NCBI GenBank assembly: GCA_021203745.1
Contig: JAJQAP010000034.1
Location: 4,317 to 39,424, forward strand
Source of the DNA: Coprobacillus sp.
GTDB lineage: Bacteria; Bacillota_I; Bacilli_A; RFN20; CAG-826
Direction: 5' to 3'
Length of the DNA stretch: 35,108 nucleotides
Shown here in pieces: positions 27,714-35,108 of this stretch (the first letter of the stretch is position 1; each line of letters opens with the position of its first letter). Made by a program: the position numbers and the translations under genes. Below the pieces are notes generated by a model. The model did not search any database. It was given only the letters and a program-made list of their open reading frames with translations, and was not told the DNA's origin.

Positions 27714-29084
27714 ATGCCAGAGCTTCCGGAAGTTGAAACAATTAAAAACATCCTTAATGATATCCTTCCTGGGAAGGTTATTTCTTCTGTCGAGATAAAC
27801 CGAGAGAAATCAGTCCTAGGAGATCCTAAAACATTTATGGATTCATTAAAAGGTAAGAAGATATTAGAGATAGGAAGAAAGGGAAAATATCTTATATTCT
27901 ATCTAGCGGATGATTATGTCATTATTTCTCATTTAAGAATGGAAGGTAAGTACTATTTAGAGGATGAAAAAGAGGATGATACTAAATATGCTCGTATTGT
28001 CTATCATTTCACGGATGGCTCTAAATTATGTTTTGATGATTCCCGTTCATTTGGAATTACAAAACTCACTAAAAAAGACCAATATCTTGATGAAAAGGAA
28101 TTAAAAACACTAGGATTAGAACCCTTTTCAATTGAAAATGTCGATTACTTAATCGAGAAAACAAAGAATATAAGCACGCCAATAAAGTCAACATTACTTG
28201 ACCAATCAATAATCGCAGGACTCGGTAATATATACGCTGATGAAGTTCTCTTTTTATCGGGAATTAATCCAATGGAAAAAGCAAAAAAACTTACAAGAGA
28301 AGACTGGGAAAAAGTCCTTACTAATTCAATAGACGTTTTAAATAAAGCAATTAAAGAAGGTGGATCTACAATTAGATCATATCACCCAGGAAAAGGGATA
28401 GATGGTAACTTCCAAACCCAGTTAAATGTCTATGGTAAAAAGGGAGAACCTTGTCCTAAATGCGGACACAAATTGTATTATAAAAAAATAGGTGGAAGAG
28501 GCTCGACATTCTGCCCGAGATGCCAAGCAAAAAAGAACCCACCAATTTACTATGGATTAACCGGTCCGCTCTCCGCGGGTAAATCGACAGTTTTAGATAT
28601 TTGTAAGAAGCTAGGGGTAGCAACACTATCCGCCGATGATATTGTCCATGAACTATATAAAAACGGAAAAGTGATTAAAAAGATTAACCAAATAACCTCG
28701 CAAAATTTTGAAGGTGAAGTTAATCGAGAACTTTTACGAGATTACTTAATTGAAAATCCTCGTAAAGTGAAGCAAGTCGATAATTATATTCATCCTCTTG
28801 TTAAAGAGAGAATCATTAGTGAAATGACTCGTAATAAAAAGGAGAAAATGGTCGTTGAAGTTCCACTACTCTTTGAAGCGGGTTTTGATAATCTCTTTGA
28901 TTACAATATTGCTGTGTCTATAAACGAAGATTCTAGAAAGTCACATATAAAAACTAGTGATTTATTAAAACTTAATAAAAAAGATAATGATTTTTACACT
29001 TCTCAAGCGGATATCATTATCGAAAATAATTCAGATTTAAAGAGTCTTGAAAAAGAAGTTAGCGATAAGCTCCTTCAAGATTAA
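27714..29084 (+). CDS. mutM-coaE: Fusion of formamidopyrimidine-DNA glycosylase (MutM/Fpg) and dephospho-CoA kinase (CoaE)
   Basis: MPELPEVE, HLRMEG, GLGNIYADE and C4 zinc finger CPKC...CPRCQ, continuing in frame to GLTGPLSAGKST, ADDIVHELY, IHPLV, EVPLLFE, ADIIIENN. Confidence 0.92.
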   Translation: MPELPEVETIKNILNDILPGKVISSVEINREKSVLGDPKTFMDSLKGKKILEIGRKGKYLIFYLADDYVIISHLRMEGKYYLEDEKEDDTKYARIVYHFTDGSKLCFDDSRSFGITKLTKKDQYLDEKELKTLGLEPFSIENVDYLIEKTKNISTPIKSTLLDQSIIAGLGNIYADEVLFLSGINPMEKAKKLTREDWEKVLTNSIDVLNKAIKEGGSTIRSYHPGKGIDGNFQTQLNVYGKKGEPCPKCGHKLYYKKIGGRGSTFCPRCQAKKNPPIYYGLTGPLSAGKSTVLDICKKLGVATLSADDIVHELYKNGKVIKKINQITSQNFEGEVNRELLRDYLIENPRKVKQVDNYIHPLVKERIISEMTRNKKEKMVVEVPLLFEAGFDNLFDYNIAVSINEDSRKSHIKTSDLLKLNKKDNDFYTSQADIIIENNSDLKSLEKEVSDKLLQD

Positions 29085-29967
29085 ATTCTATTTCCCCACC
29101 ACAGGCACCTCTTATAGTTTCTACTAACCTGGATGCTTTTGCATTACCTCCAGCGCTACTACCACCATAAATGCCTCTAATTTCATCGAGGTGATAATGA
29201 CTGACGAGGATGGTAATTAAATCATGAGAATATCTAAACTCTAAAATTGGACTAATAATCGCATCTCTAATATAGTCACTCGTATATTCATCACCAAAAT
29301 TATCGATAATTAAAACATTACATAACTGATAACGTTTAATTAAATCTTGTTGATCTTGTTTATAAGCATCAGAGATTTCTTTAATTCTGATTGGAGCGTT
29401 TATAAAGCAGATTGGTCCTTGACCAGACCTAGCTAGTTCATTAGCGAGAACCGCGGCAAAATAAGTCTTCCCTGTTTTATCTAGTCCATAAATATAAGCG
29501 GATTTTTTCTCACCCACCACTCTTTTAAAGGCTTTATTTCTATAACGAGTTCTATCAAAATCTTTATCGGTTATCGTGGCGTGGCTCCACTGCTCAGGAA
29601 AATCATGGATTTGGAAGTTAGATCTAATTGAACTCTCTTCAAGTGATAACTCACAGGGAGAGATAGAACGTTCAATAATGTTATGAGAGAAATTTAGACC
29701 AATTTGTTGTTGAGGGAATCTCTTTTCACATTTATCAAGTCCAGGACAAGAAGCGCAGTATTCTTTATCCTTTAAATAATCGTAAACTTTATCGTAATAC
29801 TTAAAGATGATGTCGTCGGATATAGTAACGAGTAATGGGTCTTCGTTTTTATGCTCAGCGACATATTTTTTACACTCTTCCATAAACTGTTCGTCAGAGG
29901 TCGAAAAGATTGGGTCCTGTTCGAGCTCTTCACTTACTCTCTTAATGTCAAAATCATTTTCCGCCAT
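29059..29967 (-). CDS. dnaI: Primosomal helicase loader ATPase DnaI
   Basis: N-terminal Cys cluster CASCPGLDKC...PC, Walker A YGLDKTGKT, Walker B-like LIIDNFGDE, IRD.I..PILEFR; follows dnaB. Confidence 0.88.
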   Translation of the reverse strand: MAENDFDIKRVSEELEQDPIFSTSDEQFMEECKKYVAEHKNEDPLLVTISDDIIFKYYDKVYDYLKDKEYCASCPGLDKCEKRFPQQQIGLNFSHNIIERSISPCELSLEESSIRSNFQIHDFPEQWSHATITDKDFDRTRYRNKAFKRVVGEKKSAYIYGLDKTGKTYFAAVLANELARSGQGPICFINAPIRIKEISDAYKQDQQDLIKRYQLCNVLIIDNFGDEYTSDYIRDAIISPILEFRYSHDLITILVSHYHLDEIRGIYGGSSAGGNAKASRLVETIRGACGGEIEFNLEGAYR

Positions 29968-31252
29968 TTCGCACCATATCGATTAATCGATTCCATTCTT
30001 CATCAGAGTTATCGATTTCTTCCTCTTCTTTGTTTATTTTATCATTTTTTGCTTCAGTTTCACTACTACCTGCTTTTTTTGCACTAGTTTTACTTCTCTT
30101 TTTTCTTTCTCCATTAAGATAATCAAGAGCATCAGCGGCATTTGTTACTCCCTCTCTTACAAGGGTAGCGGCAACCTTTTGCATGTAGTTAGATGGTAAG
30201 GTATTGTTTTGCGTTTCAAGTGTAAAACTAACAAGAGCGTTTATTACGGGGTTAGTTAGATGATATTTACTACTTAATGTATTAAGGATATTTAAGTCTG
30301 CATCTGCGGGTTCGATTCCCTTTTGAAGATCTTGAAGATATTTAACTGGGGCTTCACTTTCCATCTGATTGATCTTTTTTGCAAGTTCAGATTCAGAATT
30401 GAGTTTTTTGGGATTAAGGTTATCACGTAATATTTGACTTTCCACTCGATACTGACTGTTATAGGATAGTTGTCTCATGATTAATTTCGTGTCGATTCTT
30501 TCTCCAACAGGTTTATCCGCTTTATAGGTAATATTTACCGCAACGGCCATCTCTAGTTCACTCGCTCCATACAACTCGGCAATACGACTTATTTCATTGA
30601 GTTCGTCTTTTGAAAACGAGTCTTTTGTTAAAGATCCGACTGGCACTTGTAATGAACAGGCTTCAATAAAATCTGCGGTAGAGAAGGTCGAATTAATGTG
30701 AGCGTTTTCTCTTCCTTTAATCTTGTCGGTATTTGTCGCACTGCTAAATGGTTTTGAATCGTAGTTAGGTCTATATACTTCTTTAAAGGTCGCCGATATA
30801 TCTTCTCCTTCTATTTCTTCTTCACTGGTCACATAAATCGATTTAATTAACTCCGCTTCTTGGTCCCCTAAGTTTCTTTTTAGCATCCCGTAATACAAGG
30901 TATTATTAATAAACCTATCAGGAGGATAAGGTGGATATAGTTCATAATGGTATAAGTTATACTCTTCTTTTTCTTCTAGGTATGTTTTAACTAGACCCAT
31001 CGCTTCTAGTTGTTCTCTTGCACTGTTAAAGGTATCGAGATTCATCTGAATCCTATTTAGAAACTTTTCATGACTAATAATAGGACCAACCTCTTCTAGT
31101 TTACTCTCCGTTAAAAAAGAGAAGTATAGGGCTAGAGCGGCGTAGCCAATTATAGGTTCATATAAATTAATGAGGGTATCTCGATCATAATCGGCGAATA
31201 ACCCTTTAAAGGAAACAGAAAGATAATCTTTACCTAACGCAATACTTTTCAT
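29954..31252 (-). CDS. dnaB: Firmicutes replication initiation / helicase-loading protein DnaB (DnaD-domain family)
   Basis: LYEPIIG..A.ALY, AREQLEAMGLVKTY, L.NPVINAL, Y..KVA...GV..A.DA; directly upstream of dnaI. Confidence 0.88.
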   Translation of the reverse strand: MKSIALGKDYLSVSFKGLFADYDRDTLINLYEPIIGYAALALYFSFLTESKLEEVGPIISHEKFLNRIQMNLDTFNSAREQLEAMGLVKTYLEEKEEYNLYHYELYPPYPPDRFINNTLYYGMLKRNLGDQEAELIKSIYVTSEEEIEGEDISATFKEVYRPNYDSKPFSSATNTDKIKGRENAHINSTFSTADFIEACSLQVPVGSLTKDSFSKDELNEISRIAELYGASELEMAVAVNITYKADKPVGERIDTKLIMRQLSYNSQYRVESQILRDNLNPKKLNSESELAKKINQMESEAPVKYLQDLQKGIEPADADLNILNTLSSKYHLTNPVINALVSFTLETQNNTLPSNYMQKVAATLVREGVTNAADALDYLNGERKKRSKTSAKKAGSSETEAKNDKINKEEEEIDNSDEEWNRLIDMVRNGGK

Positions 31253-31313
31253 AACTTCTTTATTATCTAAAAAGTTTTGTGTGTAATCAACTAATAATAT
31301 TTACATATTATTT

Positions 31314-31455
31314 GGTGGATAATTTATCCACCTAAAAACTAGTCAGTGTATAAATAAATGAGTGAATAACTCGTATATTTATCCACATTTAAAATGTGAG
31401 TAAATCTAGTCTTGGAAATTATTATTAATAATTTACAAAATAGGGTTTATACACT
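31314..31455. promoter_or_regulatory. Cluster of DnaA-box-like 9-mers
   Basis: GGTGGATAA 31314, TTATCCACC 31324, AGTGTATAA 31345, AGTGAATAA 31361, TTATCCACA 31379 (perfect), TGTGAGTAA 31395, TTATACACT 31447. Confidence 0.75.
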
Positions 31456-31485
31456 AAACTATAAGAAGTAAAAGAGGACATAGAT

Positions 31486-32451
31486 ATGGCAAAAAAAATC
31501 GCAATACTCACAAGTGGGGGTGATGCCCCTGGAATGAACCCCACAATTAGAGCTCTTATTAGAGCGGGCTTAGATGCAGGAGACGAAATGTATGTCGTCT
31601 ATGATGGCTTCAAGGGGTTATACGAAGGAAATATAGAACAAGTTGATAAGAAATTCTCTTCTGGGATCTTAAATCGAGGTGGCACAGTGATTAGAAGTGC
31701 TAGATTCCCAGAGTTTGCTGATGTTGAAGTGGCGAAAGTTGCGGCAAAACAGCTTAAGGATAGAGGAATAGATTATCTAGTAGGTATAGGAGGGGATGGA
31801 ACATACCATGGTCTAGCATCTCTTCATAAATTAGGTGTTAAGGTTATTGGACTACCTGGCACAATTGATAATGATATAGCAACAAGCGATGAAACAATCG
31901 GTTTTAATACATGTCTAGAAACAATTGTTGATGCTCTTGAAAAGATTAAAGATACTTCCTCCTCTCATACAAGATGTGCGGTTGTCGAAGTGATGGGTAG
32001 GCTTTGTGATGATCTAGCGATAAATGCTTCTATTGCGGTAGGAGCAGAGGTAACAGTTACCCACTCCCACAATCTCAGTGAAGAAGAGATTATTAAGCGT
32101 GTGCAAGCGGTAAAAGATGAACGAATCTCTCATTGCCTTGTAGTTGTCTCTGAACATCTTTTAGATGTCAATGAACTAGCTAGTCATATAGAAGCGGCTA
32201 CAGGATATGAAACTAAAGCGGAGGTTTTAGGTAGACTCCAACGTGGTGGGGTGCCTTGCGCAAAAGATAGAATCCTTGGCTCCACTCTTGCAATGCATGC
32301 AATTGAGCTTATTAACGAAGATAAAACAGGAAGACTCGTTGGTATCCATAATGGAAAGCCAGCGGATTACGATATCTTAGAAACTGTCGATATTAAAAGA
32401 CAAGTGGCAAATACAGACTTATATAAAGTTGTCGATACATTAGGGAAGTAA
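31486..32451 (+). CDS. pfkA: ATP-dependent 6-phosphofructokinase
   Basis: LTSGGDAPGMN, GGT.I.SAR, GIGGDG, PGTIDND, EVMGR, LG.LQRGG. Confidence 0.97.
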   Translation: MAKKIAILTSGGDAPGMNPTIRALIRAGLDAGDEMYVVYDGFKGLYEGNIEQVDKKFSSGILNRGGTVIRSARFPEFADVEVAKVAAKQLKDRGIDYLVGIGGDGTYHGLASLHKLGVKVIGLPGTIDNDIATSDETIGFNTCLETIVDALEKIKDTSSSHTRCAVVEVMGRLCDDLAINASIAVGAEVTVTHSHNLSEEEIIKRVQAVKDERISHCLVVVSEHLLDVNELASHIEAATGYETKAEVLGRLQRGGVPCAKDRILGSTLAMHAIELINEDKTGRLVGIHNGKPADYDILETVDIKRQVANTDLYKVVDTLGK

Positions 32452-33302
32452 TGGAAAAAGTCATATCGCTCGATATCGGGGGAACAAATTTAAGAGCGGC
32501 CCTCATTAACTCTAATTACCAAATCGAAAAAGTTATTAAGAAAGATAACAATACTTTTGGTGATTTAGATAAGTTTTACGAAGAAATCATCAATTTAATT
32601 AGAGATTTAAACGTAAATTTAGATGAAGTATCAAATATTTCTATTGGAGTGCCAGGTCGCGTTAGACATAACGGAATGATTGACGCTCTCCCAAATATTG
32701 GTATCGAGAATATCGACTTAAAAACAAAATTAAAGACCACTTTTAACAAAGACGTATATATAAAAAACGATGCAGAAATGGGTTTACTAGCGGAAGCCGT
32801 TCTCGGCGCAGGTAAAGACTATGACGGTGTTTATTTTATTACGATCTCCACTGGTGTAGGAGGGGCTTTTGCCTATAAAGGAGAGCTAAAAAACTACGGA
32901 AAAGAAATCGGTCATATCCCAGTGCTTTATAAAAACGAATACTACGACTTTGAATCGATCTGTTCAGGAGGGGGAATTGTAAGACTCTCTAAAATGAATG
33001 GGTTAAGAGTTAAAAATTCTAAGGAGTTTTTTGACCTAGTTAGAAAAGAAAATAAAAAAGCACTATCTATATTTAACACTTGGATAGAACTATTCTCTTC
33101 TTTTTTAAGGTATATAAAGGATATTTATAACCCAGATATCTTTACCTTTACGGGAGGGGTATTTAAAAATAAAGACTTAATTTTCCCTAAATTAAAAGAG
33201 AACAATCCCAGTCTAAATATGGTAGAATGTTATTTTGAAGAGAACGCTGGCCTCATTGGTGGGGCGGTTTATGGTTTTCAAAGAGAGAGGAACAAAGTAT
33301 GA
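32451..33302 (+). CDS. ROK-family sugar kinase (candidate glucokinase)
   Basis: LDIGGTNLRAA, IGVPG, NDAE...LAE, TISTGVGG, EIGH, AGLIGGA. Confidence 0.88.
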   Translation: MEKVISLDIGGTNLRAALINSNYQIEKVIKKDNNTFGDLDKFYEEIINLIRDLNVNLDEVSNISIGVPGRVRHNGMIDALPNIGIENIDLKTKLKTTFNKDVYIKNDAEMGLLAEAVLGAGKDYDGVYFITISTGVGGAFAYKGELKNYGKEIGHIPVLYKNEYYDFESICSGGGIVRLSKMNGLRVKNSKEFFDLVRKENKKALSIFNTWIELFSSFLRYIKDIYNPDIFTFTGGVFKNKDLIFPKLKENNPSLNMVECYFEENAGLIGGAVYGFQRERNKV

Positions 33303-35065
33303 AAATAACCTTACATGATGGATCATTAAAAGAAATTGATAAGGACTCGAAAGAAGCTTTTGCGACTTTAAATCATAGCACTGCCCATTTACTCGCTGAA
33401 GCAGTACTTGCCCTATATCCAGACTCTAAACTATCGATAGGTCCTTCTATTGAAGAGGGTTTTTACTACGATATTGATTTCTCTTTCCCTTTTACTGAAG
33501 AGCATATGAAACTCATCGAAGATAAGATGAAAGAGATTACTAAAAAGAACTATAAAATTGAATACCTCACAATGACAAAAGCGGAGGCACTCGAATACTT
33601 TAAGGATAACCCTTATAAAGTGGAGCTTATAGAAAACCTTCAAGATGGAGATATATCTTGTTTTAAACAAAATGATTTTATCGATTTATGTCGCGGACCA
33701 CATCTTCAAGACTCGACGATGATTAAACACTTTAAACTTCTCTCTATTGCAGGAGCTTACTGGAGAGGGGACTCCAAAAATAAACAACTAGTAAGAATAT
33801 ATGGCACCTCTCATTTTAGTGAAGAGTCTCTTCAAAACTACCTCAATCTTGTGGAAGAAAGAAAAAAGAGAGATCATAGGCTACTTGGTAAACAGTTAGA
33901 GCTATTCTCTATCTCAGAATACGGACCAGGATTCCCTTTCTGGCTTCCTAATGGATTAATCGTTAAAGATGAAATTGAAAAGTATTTAAAAGAATTACTT
34001 CATAAATATGGTTACCAGTTAATACAAACCCCAACGATTCTTTCAAGAGAACTCTGGGAGACATCAGGTCACTGGGACCACTACCAAAACAATATGTACA
34101 CCACAAAAGTCGAAGATAAAGAGTTTGCCATTAAACCGATGAACTGTCCAGGAGCGGTTATTGTCTATAACTCCTCGCTTCACTCCTATAGGGACCTACC
34201 TATTAGACTAGCGGAGATGGGTCATGTCCACCGCCACGAGGCTAGTGGGGCTCTAAATGGACTCTTTAGAGTGAGATCTTTTACCCAAGATGATGCCCAT
34301 ATATTCTGTCGTGAAGATCAGTTAGCAAAAGAGATTAATAACTGCATTAAACTCTTTGATGAAGTTTATTCTCTCTTTAATCTCGATTATTCAATAGAAC
34401 TATCCACAAGACCAGAAACTGGATATATCGGAGATCCTAAACTTTGGACAAAGGCGGAACGCATTCTAGAAAGTGCCTGTAAAAGGACCCATAAAGAGTT
34501 TGATATTAATCCAGGAGATGGAGCATTCTATGGTCCTAAACTAGATTTTAAAGTAAGAGACTCGATGAATAGAGTCTGGCAATGTGGAACAATTCAACTT
34601 GATATGAATCTTCCGACAAGATTTAACTGTACATATGTTGACTCTGACGGAGAAAAGAAAGAACCAATTATGATCCATAGAGCGTGTTTTGGTTCATTTG
34701 AAAGATTTATTGGTATACTCATTGAGCATTTTGGTGGGGCTTTCCCTGTTTGGATGGCGCCTACACAAGTAGTCATCTTACCAGTGAATAACGAGTATCA
34801 TCTAAAAACCGCAGAAAAGTTAAGAGATCAGTTTGATAAAAAAGGCATTAGAGTGACACTCGATGATTCTAATGAGAAATTAGGATATCGAATGAGAAAT
34901 GCTCAGATGAAAAAAGTTCCTTATACAATCGTGATTGGAGATAATGAAGTTAATAATAAGACTGTTACTTATCGTACCTATAAAGATAAGGAACAAATTA
35001 CAGTCCCTACCTCAGACTTTATAAAGATGATTTGTAAAGAAAGAGACAGTAGAAAAATAAATTAA
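33299..35065 (+). CDS. thrS: Threonine--tRNA ligase
   Basis: HSTAHLLA, DLCRGPH, AGAYWRG, RDHR.LG, KPMNCP, RVRSFTQDDAH, FYGPKLD, HRA.FGS.ERF; ATGA overlap with the ROK stop. Confidence 0.97.
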   Translation: MKITLHDGSLKEIDKDSKEAFATLNHSTAHLLAEAVLALYPDSKLSIGPSIEEGFYYDIDFSFPFTEEHMKLIEDKMKEITKKNYKIEYLTMTKAEALEYFKDNPYKVELIENLQDGDISCFKQNDFIDLCRGPHLQDSTMIKHFKLLSIAGAYWRGDSKNKQLVRIYGTSHFSEESLQNYLNLVEERKKRDHRLLGKQLELFSISEYGPGFPFWLPNGLIVKDEIEKYLKELLHKYGYQLIQTPTILSRELWETSGHWDHYQNNMYTTKVEDKEFAIKPMNCPGAVIVYNSSLHSYRDLPIRLAEMGHVHRHEASGALNGLFRVRSFTQDDAHIFCREDQLAKEINNCIKLFDEVYSLFNLDYSIELSTRPETGYIGDPKLWTKAERILESACKRTHKEFDINPGDGAFYGPKLDFKVRDSMNRVWQCGTIQLDMNLPTRFNCTYVDSDGEKKEPIMIHRACFGSFERFIGILIEHFGGAFPVWMAPTQVVILPVNNEYHLKTAEKLRDQFDKKGIRVTLDDSNEKLGYRMRNAQMKKVPYTIVIGDNEVNNKTVTYRTYKDKEQITVPTSDFIKMICKERDSRKIN

Positions 35066-35108
35066 TTAGTTATTTACACTTTATATCATAAATGATATAT
35101 TATCAGTG

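Overview
Low-GC Bacillota/Bacilli-like chromosomal segment using the standard code (TGA acts as stop); a reduced-genome gut Bacilli lineage is only my inference from gene content. Left half (1-18.6 kb): a LacI-regulated beta-glucan utilisation locus with three GH16 lipoproteins, a GH161-type beta-1,3-glucan phosphorylase, a GH30, a complete carbohydrate ABC transporter, several uncharacterised lipo/membrane proteins and three copies of an operator palindrome. Right half: housekeeping genes (ackA, nrnA, dnaE, polA, a mutM-coaE fusion, an inverted dnaB-dnaI pair behind a DnaA-box cluster, pfkA, a ROK kinase, thrS). Between nrnA and dnaE lies the most unusual element: a CptN-like type III toxin gene with no tandem antitoxin array. 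It is instead flanked on both sides by one copy of a putative small RNA (GNRA hairpin plus H-type pseudoknot), and each copy has its own predicted sigma-A promoter. All family assignments come from motif recognition by eye, not database searches.
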